Notes: generated by a model from the letters alone, not told the origin. A stretch of 63,556 bases of DNA, filler included, from Choristocarpus tenellus KU-1152 (GCA_964200185.2; 10 parts of 10 records of this genome joined end to end with filler, not necessarily neighbours in it); one strand, 5' to 3'. Positions 13,621-27,255 are shown, counted from the first letter of the whole stretch. Made by a program: numbers and translations.

Positions 13621-14090
13621 TTAGCACCCAAGAATTAACAGAAAGCTGGAGAATAAGGTCAAGGTCATTGCGAGTAATACCATCTGAGAGAGGGATATCG
13701 TTGGTTTTTCAGGTTCCCCATGACATTTTTGTGGTACACATGTTTGAGTCCAGTCAAGGGCACTTATGACTAACAATATTTCCTCAATTAGGTTCTCTTC
13801 TATTACCACACCCTCTGAAGGGGATTTGTTCGACAATTCCTGAGTAAGTTGACGTGTCACATGAGTATGATTGGTTTGATGATATATTAGATTAGGAGTG
13901 TGTACACTGGCATCGATGTTTGGTCTATCTGAACTAGACTGAACTAGAAAGATAAGAGAGGGGTATTGGGTGACCACCCAGTGCACACGTGCGTATTGAT
14001 CTATTTACTCTCATATATCTACCTCTAGAACACAAAATAGAATGATACAAATGAGATAACAGTACGTCTGAATGATATTCTTCCTTATCA

Positions 14091-14977
14091 TTTTATTATT
14101 ATGCCCTCTGACATTTTGAACGTGTGTTAGGGGAAAAACCAATAAAAATATTCACATGTCATAAAAATCTCTAAAAAATAACAGTTTCCATTAATGTGAA
14201 AACACCCATTTACTATTTTACTACTAGCTATACTGTACCACTGCCTTTCTGTGTCTCCAACCTAGCTTAGTCCTGCATCCCAGGGTGAGGAGCTAGGGAA
14301 GCATCCCAAGAATCTAACAAGTCCCTCCTTGCCCATCTCCCTGGTGTCTCCAGGTTAAAACGCATGGCACGTCTAGACAGGGTTACCTGCGTTGTAACTG
14401 AGACTATCTGTCGTAGAGAGGATTTGACAGTCGCCCCTTTCCTATTGTAGCTTCCTGTCCCTCTCTCCCCTACTGTGTGCCTAGCTAGCTCATCCAGAAA
14501 ACTTTCCACAGCGAAAATGTTTGAGGCTATAACTACGAGGGTCAATATATTCCTCGTAGTAGTCGTGCGCTTTCGCACGTAAACTGCAGCAGCTGTTACA
14601 CCATTGCTGGTGGATGAGTGGGGCAGATGGGAGGCTGCTTGCACTTCTGCAAACTTAACATCCAGGACGAGGCCTTTGTCTTGTTAGGGAGCTGATCTGG
14701 CATCCGGAGTGCCCCAGCATGGAAGATCAGATCCATGCGGAAATTCCCTTCTACTGTAAATGGGCTGCCGTCGTCCATTGTGCAAGGGATGCCCATTCCT
14801 TCGCATAGTTGCCCCAGACACTTCACAATTGGCACGTGTTGGCGAACCTTTCCTCCTGCCCTAGGGCAGGTGCGGGCATGTCTGGTGTCAATATTTTGTC
14901 TCTTGCAACTGGGGACCGGGCACCTGTTCGATAGGGCCTCCTCTCTCCCTAGGGGTCTGCTGGCGATTAGTTTAAAC
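14091..14977 (-). mobile_element. Degraded copy of the same RLE retrotransposon 3' fragment
   Basis: ORFs 14596-14835 and 14267-14644 are frameshifted homologues of 46330-47004; same 3' UTR and tail. Confidence 0.85.
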
Positions 14978-15663
14978 TGAACAGGGAGGAAATATTATTG
15001 TAGTACAATACCACTATTCAATTCTTGTTTTATGTGTAGTAAACTACGCCCAACTGTATTTGCAGCTCCACAGGTGGTGTCCATGTGTGTCCCAGCACCC
15101 ATTACCAACATATCTATATTCATTTCAAGAATGTGCAAAGATTCAAAAAGAACTTGAAGGGCTGAAATCAATCCCCTTTTCTAGATGTTTTCGCTCTGTT
15201 GTGGTTAGGGGAACTTGCTGACCAATTCCTCTAGCTCACTGTTGTTCACTTTTTTTCTGTGTTAACGTTGCCCAAAACAGATTTTTCATGTACTTCAACT
15301 GGCCTTGAGGTCAACCTACCTATTGGATAATCCCAAGTCCCTTTTTTAGTACAGATCTACATTTCTGTGCTAGATTGAATATACTCTCGTACACATTGCA
15401 TTCCCTCTTCTGTGTCTGTACCTCCTCACTCAGCCTGCCATGAGTGGATGTGCTGGTGATGTGCAGAGATGGGACTGTCTATCCATACCTACGAGATCAA
15501 TGAAGCCAGGATTGCAAGAGCACACGCCCTCATAGCTTCCAGCTTCTGTACTCCTCCAAGCAATGCTCCATTCCATTTTGAGTCACCTGCTTTGGGATGG
15601 GGGAGACCCTCAGAACAAGGGTCTGCATCAACCCCCCCCCCCAAAATGTCACTCAAGTCATAT

Positions 15664-15763
15664 NNNNNNNNNNNNNNNNNNNNNNNNNNNNNNNNNNNNN
15701 NNNNNNNTTAATTAATTAANNNNNNNNNNNNNNNNNNNNNNNNNNNNNNNNNNNNNNNNNNNN
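15664..15763. other. Artificial contig linker 3
   Basis: Same 100-nt structure. Confidence 0.97.
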
Positions 15764-15803
15764 GCCTGTAGCATTTTTCTGAATCTTCTTTGATAATCCT
15801 TAA

Positions 15804-15939
15804 TACATACATACATACATACATACATACATACATACATACATACATACATACATACATACAGATAGCACAGACAGACATACAGACGTACAGACATACA
15901 AACATACAGACATACAGACAGACATGCAGACATACAGGA

Positions 15940-16002
<63 letters not shown>

Positions 16003-16048
16003 GAGACAGACAGAGAGACAGACAGAGAGACAGACAGACAGACAGACA
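15804..16048 (+). repeat. Compound (TACA)n/(CAGA)n microsatellite
   Basis: Seen directly; explains the five low-complexity ORFs here. Confidence 0.97.
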
Positions 16049-16770
16049 TACGCATATAGTATATCTCGACATCGCTATTACTTCTAGTCTAAAGTCAGCA
16101 ACTATCGAATTTGTAGAACTGTGTTGTTGCTGCTATTTTATCTCTCGCAGAACACCAACTCTATCTGTGAACGCGAGTTCCAAACAAGAAGTTCTGAGTG
16201 ACGAAGGTGTGTTATCATTTTTTATTGTTATTGTTGAGAGTGAAGGAATTAGGCGAAACCATAACAACAATGAATGGAATATATAACTTGATGGATGAAT
16301 GAATCAAACCATCGACATCTATAAATGCTATACATAGCAGCAGCGATTTATTAATTAAAAAATACGATATCTCAGGTAGTATGGCGAATGGAATGTTTCC
16401 CATTGCTGGATTGCCATGCAAGTCAATCATTGGAAATGTATACTCATGAGTAGTTATTTATGAATAACCTTTTCAAAAGTGAGATTAAAAAGTCAACCAC
16501 TTCGGCTTGCACATAGGTATCTTGAAAATATTTTTTCATTCCGAAATGGTTGAGAAAACGTCCCCTGAGCGCAAATGTTTTTTTCGGAAATGGCAGATTT
16601 AGCAAAAACAGCAGAATCGACCAAAAGTGAGTGGAAATGAAAAATGGATAATCGCCTGTAACGTCTGGACGAGACATCCGATCAAATGCGGCTAGTTGTG
16701 TTGGATTCCTAGGCGTTTATTGCATTAAATTAACTACTCGTCACTCTCATTCTTTCCCTCGATCCATCAA

Positions 16771-16996
16771 GTTGTGGCCGTGTTGTGCTCGTCTCTGTCA
16801 ATTGGGGTATGTACTGCTGTTGGAGTATGTGTTCATTATCAGTACGAAGAGCGAAAGCTGGGATCCTCCGATCCAAATCATGAGGCCCCCATCATAGACG
16901 ATTCTTCGATTCAGTCAGAGGGAGTGTCTCCACCTTTTTTTAGAGAACTTCGTTTATTTTTTTGGCTCTCTCACCAAATCATAGTATTCCTCGGCG
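16771..16996 (+). CDS. Possible internal exon of an unknown membrane protein
   Basis: A pyrimidine tract plus caag| acceptor and a |gtaagt donor flank an open frame with two hydrophobic stretches (VAVLCSSLSIGVCTAVGVCV; LFFWLSHQIIVFLG). No family recognised. Confidence 0.35.
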
Positions 16997-19566
16997 GTAA
17001 GTAATTTGTTGATACCCTCCCCATTTTTAAGGCTGCGGGAGATAACGAATTTACTTCAAGTCTGATCCTCCTCCCTTACCCTGTAACCCTTGGGAACAAC
17101 TTGGTTACTTACTAGGGAGGTCCTTCACTGTTGGCACACCACCAACACAGTGAACCAATGCTTCGTGTTCTTGGGATTGGACTATTTCCAGATTGTCGTT
17201 TTTTTTATTCATACAGTCAACCTCCCCCCCCAAAGACCACAGAATGCCGTCAAGTTTATCAGTGTAGTAGTAGTAATTTTAGCTAGTAGTCACCATCGTA
17301 GTGTAATGGTAATATCGCAAATCTATTGCGAGAAACAAGGTTGTACGGAACAAAATAATTTGTCAGTGACGTTTGGTGGGTTGATTGGAGTTTGAGTCAT
17401 CTAGAGAGTCTTTAGGTGGTGAATGTGTCGGTCATGGGTAGGGGCCATTATTAGGGAGTACCCCTCTAAGACATCTTCCTTACCCTGTTCAATACACTAT
17501 TTCGTTGCTTCATGTCCACAATAGTGTACGCAAAATTAATATGCCCCCTTCCACACACAAACTGACACTACATTTCAACAAATGCTCTCCCTGCTATCGT
17601 AAAAATAGCATCATTTTGCCCTTTCTCGGCATCCTTCAAATGCAACTCTGCCTACCTCTCAGTTGGTTCGACTCAAGTGGAGATGATTAGGAGTGCTTGG
17701 CAGAGACTACATGGGCGAGGCATATTTTTTTACTTCCTTCACAGGAGTAAACGCAAGGTGTCACTTCCAATCAGTATCACTCAACAGCCACCAGAGATCT
17801 CAACAAACGAACCCAATACATTATGTGATTGCTTACAACAAAATTTTGTTTGATTATCCTCCAACCGATTTGCATCTCTAATGATCGTTCCACCAGGATA
17901 TAAAGGAAAGTATATGATGCCTCCACAATATGTCGTCGTGGACTCAGTACCAACCACCTATTATTTCTGGCGCTATCAATGATCAACAGCTAACGATAAA
18001 TCTTCTACTCTATGTTGCTACTTGTAATGTCGTAGTCTTGGATCAGTACTATAACTACCCTTGTGACTTGTTCTATGTTTTGTGACTGAATGAAATTGTG
18101 CATACAGTCTGTTGCGTGCTTATTTACACCAAGTTGCAAAGTAAGCCCCCTGACACCCAGTTCGTTACCAAATTCCCACACGATTCACTATTGATTCAGG
18201 AGAATGTGAACCTGAAAATAGCATGTTGCCAGTCTCAGGAAACATATTCCGTTAAGTTTTATTTTTACATTAAAAATATTCATTAGTAACAGATGGATTA
18301 ATATTGTACATACTCCCTCTGAACAGAGCTCTGTAGTACAAGTTCACTGATGTACTTGTGATGTGAACAAGGTGACTCGCCACCCCAGCCACTCAAAGCA
18401 GTGTACTAGGGGAGGGAAATTTGCATAATTCATGGACACCACAACAGCCCCGTCTCACCCACGAGGCATAATGGAAAAACAACGGTGAAGACAAGCAATT
18501 ACCACAGAACAGGTCGTACAACACGACCCCCCTATTTGGCCATCTATGTCTTCAATTTCAACCACAGATTCGGCCGCTATGATACTGACCAAGGAACAGC
18601 GCCAGAGCCGAAACAAGGGTGTTGTTGGCACGAGACAATAAAAGAAGGTCAAGACAAAAAAATTCGGTGGAGACCTCAAAACATCTAACAAAAAATCAAT
18701 TGAAGCATATCTTGCGACTGCTTCCTAACCTCCTGTCAAGGAGGACAACAGTAATATATCCCCCCCACCATACTATCCCCCTGAGCAATCCCACAAGAAA
18801 ACAAAAAGTGTTGTTCTCGTGGCAGCTCAGAAAGGCGCATCAATACTCAAGCTTCCAAACTAGCAACATCGCCAGAAGATATCTGTGTGGTATATATAGT
18901 TGTGAGTTTAATACTCCTATGATGCCCCGTTCATAAAAACCGTACCTGTATAAGGTGTGGTACATAAAATATACGAATAGAACAAAACATCCCTCTGAGC
19001 TCTAACACGAAAGAATTTGACACATTTCAAAATGAGGGAGATACGTCAGTGAAATATGCAGCCAACGAAAGTATCTTCTTTCCTCAGTATGATTGGTTCG
19101 TCTTCCGATCACACTCCCCTCCCCCCCCAAAAAGCTCCCTCACATTTCTTCAACTTTCAAGGGATGTTCGGGTAAGTACAGTCAACATGCTCAATATTTT
19201 ACTCACCGCGAAGATTGCAGGAGAAATCGAACAGTGCCGCAACTTGGCAATCTCTTTGATGCTATGCTGACTATGATGAGTACTGCTACCCAAAACAACT
19301 AGGGGAACAAACCTCCACAAGGACAAGCTAAAGAGGGACCGAATACAGCTAAGAAAAGTATACAAAGTCGCGCCATTGTCCCCTCCTTTCTGACACACCC
19401 CATCCGCTGGTGAAGTGTACCTGTTGTCTTTTTGCAAGTAATTACGATGAGGGGCTGACGTTGGGGACGCGGTTCTGCCTTTATCAACAGAGCATCTTCT
19501 TGGTACGTCTCAAAAGTTTTTTCACCGGTAAGTAACCAAGTGAAATCGACAGAGATTTCTGATGTA

Positions 19567-22500
19567 TTAGAATTCGAACGAAAGGGACATGTCATCGTCT
19601 TGGCCAGCATTCTTCCCCGAGATCTTGAAGGACTCTGAGCAGTCAAAGAGCTCAGCGTCATTATGACGTCCCACTCTGATCTTGTAGTCGCCAGACTCCA
19701 CCCACTCAGGAATGACCACATCATAGTCACCCACTATATTTCCGGTAAGAAAAATAATTGGGTACAAACGAGAGAAGAGATGACAGTATGGTTTGTGAGG
19801 ATTTGTGTGGTCGTACGTTTGACATTCGACTTTTCACAGACGACTGCAATTGAGAACCATCATGGATCTCTTTTAACCTTACATGAAAATAGCAGAACAT
19901 TTCTGCAGAGATTAAAAAAAGATGGATGGCCAATCCCCTGTGAGTTTCCTTACCCACATAGTACTTATTTCAGAACACACAGATAAATCGATTCCCGTAC
20001 AATTTCTAGACCGTTTCAAATAAACTGTAGATAAAGAAGAAATTTACGCAAGGACAATGTGCAGGCATTACCTACTCTGGGTGGCTTGGCAGAATTACGA
20101 TGTCATGGACATTAGACCTTCTGGCAATCTACTTTTAGGATGGCGAAGGCAAACACAACCAAATAGAGGTATTACTATACACTCACTGGAGTCCTTGCAC
20201 CCCTTCTCCTTGTCGCAAATGCTTGTCAGCCAAGTGCCACAGTCACCCTCACCACCGTCGTCCAGGTAGAGGTCGATATCAAACCGATCTACAGAAGAGC
20301 CCACACCATTGTCGTACTCCCACTGAGACAATCAACGAGGAGATGACCCAGGAACAGGGGTGTGCTGAATAAAGGGACTTTTTGGAGGTCATATTTACTA
20401 CGTAGAGGCGCTAGTCAATACACAATACGAAACGAAGCAAGCCAGGACTGCCCACTGACTGGTCATTGCTATAGGACAGACATTAACCACCCTCTTCGTC
20501 CACTACGTTTTGACGTAATGAACCTAACATCGGGAGAGATCGGGCAAGATGGGATGATCTAACATACAAGTTGAGCAAGAGTTACAGAGAGGTAGCATTA
20601 GTCTTGTCTTACAAGGATGGTGTATTCCTCGCCCGCTTCAGCAAGGTCCAACCCAGTTGGTGATGTTATCGTCAGGTAGGGCTCAGTCACGCCCCCCATC
20701 TCAGTGTTAACGTCGTCAGACTTGTAGAGGAAAAATTCATCGGAGCAGTCGAAGTCGGTCTCATCCGATGAATCTGCCACCCGAACCTTGTAGCCAGGAC
20801 CTGACAATCCGAAAAGGGGCTCTGGCATAACGACATCATAGTCACCTGCTGTGTCTGGGCAACCATCAAAGCCATACGGGCAAAGGGCAGTTACCCAGTC
20901 TCCACAGTCGTCCTGACATTGACATTTGTTAAAACCACATTTGTTAAAACCACATGTGTTGACATTAATCAATAGTCGGGAGAGGAGGTATTAATAGGAC
21001 ATGCAAATTAAAAATTGGACTTCTGTCTGGAGGTATCACTGGTCATTTGTCTTGCTGACATTACATTAGCGCTTTAATGATTACTCAAATTAAAATCAAA
21101 CAACAAAGATTTTGATTAGTACGCGCATCCAGCAGAGAAGATTCAGCTAGGTGAGAAAGAAGGTACCATTCTACCGGATGACGCGAGACTAATTGTGAGT
21201 GTATCATCGTGTTTAAGATCGTGGGAGTGCTATTCCGGATGTCGGACACCAATGCCAAGAGAGCAGCACAATTTTTTTTCGAACACAACAATTTTTGCGT
21301 GGAGGTGTGAAATGTTGTGGAGTTTCAAAACTTGATGTTCATGGACGACTAAGTGCATTGAAGACAATCGTAGGCGAACCTGTTGGAAGTAGGTGGTCTT
21401 ATCTGTCTGGCGAAGGAGGTTAAATTGTGTAGACAACATCTTTGAAGTTAACACACGAAAGCATATTAACCCATCTACCGCACATTAGCATGTCCCGAAA
21501 CCTTTTAAAAACCGCCGAAGCTAGAGTACCAAAAGGACACAAAAGAGCAAACACCCTGCCATACGTTGCAAAACTAAACATTGTCAATTTTGTCGACGAA
21601 GCATTATCAACATATCAAACCTCTGAATCGAGGAGATTGCACTTGCGCATGGACGTTGGTTCATGTATTCATTCGAGATATTTTCAACATCTCCCTAAGG
21701 CTATACCTCAAGGCAGTATGACCCACAGTAGTAAAGATCGATGTCGAAGTTTCCACTTCCTGCGCCTGTCCATTCCACGGTATATTCCCTGGAAAGTTGA
21801 GTGGGCGCGTGAATGGATATACAAGCGATGTACGTGAGAAGGTGTGGTGGGAAGCAAGAGTCTAAAGAGTAGGAAACTATCCACAGAAAAAATACCACCA
21901 ATCTCTGTACATTGCGTGGATATCAAAATTTCTGTCCACTGAGATTCATTCAAGTGGGTTAGTTGACAGTATTTTGAGGAGTTCGAGTACTCATCACTCG
22001 TGAGTAGTCATTCATCTTTCCTAGCAAAAGAATGTTTGCCCTCTTACATTGAATGAGCAAATCACCACTTTCGACACTTAAAGCATGACCATGCACGGTG
22101 TCTGAGTATTGCATCGCCAGAAGAATGCTGTTAGTGCAAATGTCAATTTTTTCCCAGCCTTTTCCTTCGTTCATCCACCACCCACAATAATCTCAATGCA
22201 AGTGCCCTTTTCAGGTGCGTGCAGCATAACTCTACCCTTACACGCCAAGGTCGGTAGATCATCTCCTATCCATGAAAAACGTCGCATTCCATAATCCCGA
22301 GACTCAACACAGCGTTAAATCTCATCAATACAGCTGTGATGGCTACACAGACAAAGTCTCAGTTGCGTGGTAGGTCATTTTGGTTGTGTCCGAATCCTTC
22401 ACATGGCAGCAAGCAATAAAGAGAGCCTTATCATCTACACGAAACATTATTTAACGTCACCTGTCGGCAATAACTCCCATGTCTAGAGAAGGAGTGACAA

Positions 22501-22567
22501 CTTCGAGCGCTGCCGTGTGGACACCCAGCATGACCACAAGCGAAGTCCAACACCCAATGCGAATCAT
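19567..22567 (-). CDS. Secreted ~263-aa protein with two tandem Cys-containing Ig-like (Kre9/Knh1 N-terminal-like) repeats; complete 5-exon model
   Basis: Exons 22567-22461, 21788-21707, 20912-20613, 20322-20187 and 19733-19567. All introns are GT-AG with compatible phases (2,0,0,1); total 792 nt ATG to TAA. Hydrophobic N-terminus MIRIGCWTSLVVMLGVHTAA. The two repeats share ([VI]xxP...EYTxxW...FDIDLY...DCGxWxTxxC...GCxDxxGDYDVVxPE...YKxRV...FDCSxxF). Confidence 0.88.
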
Positions 22568-23256
22568 GACTTTGACGGACGAGATGCGGAGGGGTGCTAA
22601 GATAGTGCTTCTTGCCAAGTCCAACCTAAGCTGATGCGTCCTGGGTGCACGAATTGAGTCCTCCGTTCTTCGACCAGTGGGGACAGATATAGTTGGGTGT
22701 AGACGGATTGAGCCGCTTAGGGAGTGCGCGGTGGAGATCTAACAAGAGTTGTCCTTCGAGGACATCCAGATTCTGGGAAGTCAGCTTGGCGGATCAATAT
22801 AAAATATTTGGAACCTCAATGTGTAATCGTTATTGTTACATGAACAAATAGAACACATTGAGATTCTGTTTCCCGAAGTCTCGGGTCAATTTACCTACTA
22901 CTATCACTATAGCTTCACAATATTTCTAGAATGGTATGACATATGATGATATGTTTTGGGTTGAAGAAAATTCAAGAAAATCGATCATTTACTTGGATTG
23001 CATGAACAAATGTTGGAGAAGAAGAGAAAGATCGTCAACCAATATTTTCAAAGTTCAACCGTACCCGATCATCCACAACATCTTTATTTAAAAAGTTAAA
23101 GTACCAACTAACTAACACAAGAAAGAACACAAGAAATACCGTTATACCCATAAACAGTGCTTATAGAAATAGTGAGTAGTCCAATACCAAAATGTAACTC
23201 CACACAAACTATATATTGGAATAAAATATATAATATCAAAGAATATGTATTGTAGT

Positions 23257-23367
23257 GTTTTCATGTTTAGGATATTTCATTTCTGTAGGGCTTATACAAT
23301 AATATGTATAGTTTTCATTTGTTTCCCCCCTGAAACATCTGCAAAATGTCAAAGGGCATAATAATAA
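23257..23367 (+). mobile_element. Very short (111-nt) 3'-UTR-only insertion of the RLE retrotransposon with a 15-bp TSD
   Basis: Matches the UTR end (CCCCCTGAaACATCTGCAAAATGTC...GGGCATAATAATAA); flanked by AATATGtATTGTAGT (23242-23256) and AATATGcATTGTAGT (23368-23382). Confidence 0.8.
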
Positions 23368-23964
23368 AATATGCATTGTAGTTAGATATTATGTCATATC
23401 ACACCATTCCCACAACAATAGTGTACGAAATCATGCCTCCAAAATCGAAGATACGCACATACGGTGGGCTTTTCTCCAACTATACGTAGCTGCTTAGGGT
23501 TATATATGAACATACAAGTAGGATATAATATTGTATATGCAACAATAAATTGTTTGGAGGAAGTAGGTGTATATGGGGATTATATCGAACTACTTCTATG
23601 TATTATTATTATTCATATTATAATGCTCTGTAACATTTTGTAGATGTAAAACGTCAATTCAATATCATAAGAACCCATAAAAAATAACAGTTCTTGTAAA
23701 TATGAATTTGTCATTTCGATGAACATATACCAATATCGTATCAAGATAGGCAAACTTGAACAAATGTATGTGTGAAAAGAGAAGATTGAGATTTTGCAGA
23801 ACTAGTTGGATATGAATCGAAGAGTAAGTGCATCGTTACTCATCATATCAAATACAAAAAGATAGTAATGTAGAAAAATGGCACGATATAACAGGAGTAG
23901 GTAGATGGGAAGATAAGGAAGACAGTAGTACAATATTTGATACAGGTGAAGTAACTGATTAGTG

Positions 23965-24064
23965 NNNNNNNNNNNNNNNNNNNNNNNNNNNNNNNNNNNN
24001 NNNNNNNNTTAATTAATTAANNNNNNNNNNNNNNNNNNNNNNNNNNNNNNNNNNNNNNNNNNNN
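23965..24064. other. Artificial contig linker 4
   Basis: Same 100-nt structure. Confidence 0.97.
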
Positions 24065-24133
24065 ACAAAAAAAAAAAAAAACACCCCCCCCCCCCAACCC
24101 CCCCACCCACAACAAAAAAAAAAAAAAGACCAA

Positions 24134-24167
<34 letters not shown>

Positions 24168-24242
24168 CTCCCTCCCTCCCTTACCTCCTCCAACAAAAAC
24201 AAAAAGTCTACATCAAGTGGGAAGACCCAGTGCATCCCCTAC

Positions 24243-26383
24243 CTGAACCACAAGGTGCACTGCCCTGTCCTTGGGTGGACCTTCCATCCCCGAAACACCA
24301 AGCGCCTGTGGATCCAGCCTCCCCAGGAGGCAAAGAGCTGCTGATTCCTCTAGAATCTCAGTACGAAGATCATGGTCAGCTATCTGTACATGTCACCACC
24401 ACACACACACAGACACACCACACAGTACATGCTAGGGTTAAAACCAGCATCACACACAAAGAGTTGGAAAGTTGACAGGCAGGTCGGTAAAAAGGAACTA
24501 ACATAGGACAGGAAAGAGGGTCAACAAAGTGATTCTCCACACTCTTGCCCGCCTGCTGGAGCCAGTAAGATAGATACGCCTCCATAACATTTGGGCAGTC
24601 AAAAGTTTTTTTTTCTTTAATGGAAGGGATAAATTTTGAACAAAGAAAAAATCTACACTATTCTTTAATCATAAAATGAGAGAATGTCAGAATCTCTATC
24701 ATCTTTCCATCGGCACAACAATCAACATTTTCGAATGCTACTCCTGCTTCTTTCTCTTATTTAAAAAAAAAAACAGAATCAAAGAATAAAATTCTCCAGA
24801 GGACTGACCATACTTAGCTCTCACTACCTCTGGGCAGGAAATGTAGCACTGATTCACATTGGCAAAAATATAGCAAAACGTTTTTGGTCAACAGGTAATG
24901 CAACCCTTGCACAGCACCTTGAAGAAAGGACACTCGCGCCTCGGTATGAAACAGGAACAATAAATAGCGCACTACCTCCTCACAACAACAACAAAGAAAA
25001 ACTTCTCATACACTTGGACAGAGTTTTCGATTTGATGGAAGGCCTTTTCGAATCTCCCAGTCCCTCATTGACCCAATGCGTCGCCCACCTAAGCCTTTGC
25101 AGCTCGAACTCATCAGCAAGGAACAGCTCAAGGCCGGTTGAAGATGCCCTTCAACCAAACCTATTCATGTTGTCACAAAGAGTGGACCGACCATGGGATT
25201 CCCTAACCCTTACACCCACACAGCCACGCTGTATCGTGAGTTCCATCATGTAAATAACTTGGAGAATATAGTTTAAGTTATCAACGTTGAAGTTTCCTTT
25301 GTTTTGTTTTTAATCTCCAACCAATGGAGGAATGTGTAACACAAGCACCCTTCCAAGTCTTGTCAACCTCCCAAAGCCAAAGCCAAAGCCTTGGGATGAT
25401 CTGAGTATCACTCTCTCAAATATCCCAACAACCCAATGCACGTATGTCACTGCTATAGTACCCCTTATTAGTGCCTTCTAGTACCTCCAAAACCACTGCC
25501 CTTGTTTCAATTAGCACCAGTTGTTCTTTTTGTGACAGCACAGGACGTCTTACATGTAACTAACATCAGATTAATTGACATTCTCAACACATCTTCTATC
25601 CAACAAGTGTGCCCAGTCTAAAACTGGAAGGAAGGGCTCTGACCAGGGATTTCAAATCAAGGTCTTTGCTTTTTGACCCTTCTTCGAGGTCCTTCGCCTT
25701 CCCCGCACCGTACAAATGTCACTTGAATGTGATATTCAACGTAACCAAATAGAGAGCGCTCTCTTCACAACAGTTAAATCATTTTTCATTAGTTTCTCAT
25801 GGATGTGAGTTATACAGTATATGATTTCCAAATCAACGCTACATTCCTGCCCAGAGGTAAACAAACATCATACCCCAATATATGTATAAACTACAGTATC
25901 GACAAAAGGAACAGTGAAAAACAACACACAACATAATGCAAAAACACAACACCCCCCCCCTTACGCATCAAAACATCTCTACCTGGAAGAAAAAAGAAAT
26001 AGTATAAACAAGCATTTGCTTCCATGTTTTCTTAGACCAATAGTAAGCCCCCGAGCTACCACAGAGCAGATAGTCAGGTTACTAATGCTCTAACACTCTT
26101 CTCCTCTCAATTGCACACAAACGCACCTGCATTACGTGACAACCACGGGATAATCCTACCATAGATACATAAAAAAATAGCACATATTTTTAAAACACAC
26201 AAAACAAACAAGAAAAGTCTATATTGAAAAATAAAAAAGACCCAATCAATTTCATACATGCCCATCTACACACCCACACACAAAGATACCTGCACAGCAG
26301 CAGCTATCTTCTTTCCTGGTTCCACCTTGAACTCCACCTTTGCATTCCGGATACTCCTTACTAGCGACTGAAGGGTATTGAAC
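24243..26383 (-). CDS. valS: Valyl-tRNA synthetase (organellar/bacterial-type), two internal exons of the anticodon-binding region
   Basis: Exon 26383-26290 (FNTLQSLVRSIRNAKVEFKVEPGKKIAAAVQ) and exon 24383-24243 (IADHDLRTEILEESAALCLLGRLDPQALGVSGMEGPPKDRAVHLVVQ) are AG/GT bounded and in phase. They match the ValRS 'F..LQ.LxRxIRNA+xE+xVEPxK+I ... L.LL.RLD ... VHLV' pattern. Neither is in the ORF track. Confidence 0.85.
24827..25857. mobile_element. TA-flanked TIR element (Tc1/mariner-like, non-autonomous) in the ValRS intron
   Basis: TA|CCTCTGGGCAGGAAATGTAGCACTGATT ... AATCAACGCTACATTCCTGCCCAGAGG|TA; no transposase ORF inside. Confidence 0.78.
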
Positions 26384-26883
26384 CTGTCAAATAAACATTA
26401 GTTATAACATACACAACCAGGACCAGGTCAAGACGAAGGACAGGGAATGTTAAAAATTAAAAAAAACATATGTACATACGTGTTATTTGTAGTTTTTTTT
26501 AAATGGAAAACTTCTCTAATTGGCTGCCGATTTAGAACCATTCCAATAGAACAAAAAAAAATCCAAAAACTTTAAAAAAAACTAAAAAGACAAACCAATT
26601 TCATTTCCAAAGTCTACATTATAAACAGACCGTTGATCGTACGCCCTCAAGCAAGGGAGAATAGGGCACTTTCCCATCAAAGAGGCACTGTCTGCCTCAC
26701 AACAACAAAACATGTTTCATAAAAAAAACACAAACACACACACAGAACAGCTAGCAAAATCATCACTCCCACTTCCACCTTCATTCATGCCATCGCCCTC
26801 CCCCTTGAAATACCCCCCCCCCCCTTACGCACATCTCACTCACCCCACCCCACCTTCAACAAAACTAAAAACAAACGCTTCTC

Positions 26884-26983
26884 NNNNNNNNNNNNNNNNN
26901 NNNNNNNNNNNNNNNNNNNNNNNNNNNTTAATTAATTAANNNNNNNNNNNNNNNNNNNNNNNNNNNNNNNNNNNNNNNNNNNN
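26884..26983. other. Artificial contig linker 5
   Basis: Same 100-nt structure. Confidence 0.97.
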
Positions 26984-27255
26984 CCAAAAATCGCGACATG
27001 AAAAATTGACCCCAAATGGACAGCCGCCACCCCCTCCCAGATACTTTGAGCCTGTGTGTGCATTTTATTGTTATCAAGTTCTAACAATAATTATTAGTAC
27101 ATAGTAGTAGGTATTGCTTGTCACAAAGGCGTGGGAGATTGGAGCTATTGTCCGACGTGCACCCCTCCCTTTTTCTTCTTTTTTTTGCCTGTACCATAGT
27201 CCAAGCGCACTAGATATATAATTGCTGAGCCTCTGGTTTAGGCAAAACAATACTT

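Noticed and set aside
15708-16286. Low-complexity ORFs (VCLS/QTDR repeats)
   Set aside because: Translations of a TACA/CAGA microsatellite
18455-19376. Small minus-strand gene beginning MARLCILFLAVFGPSLA
   Set aside because: The signal-peptide-like start hits a stop after 25 codons, and the candidate exons could not be joined in phase
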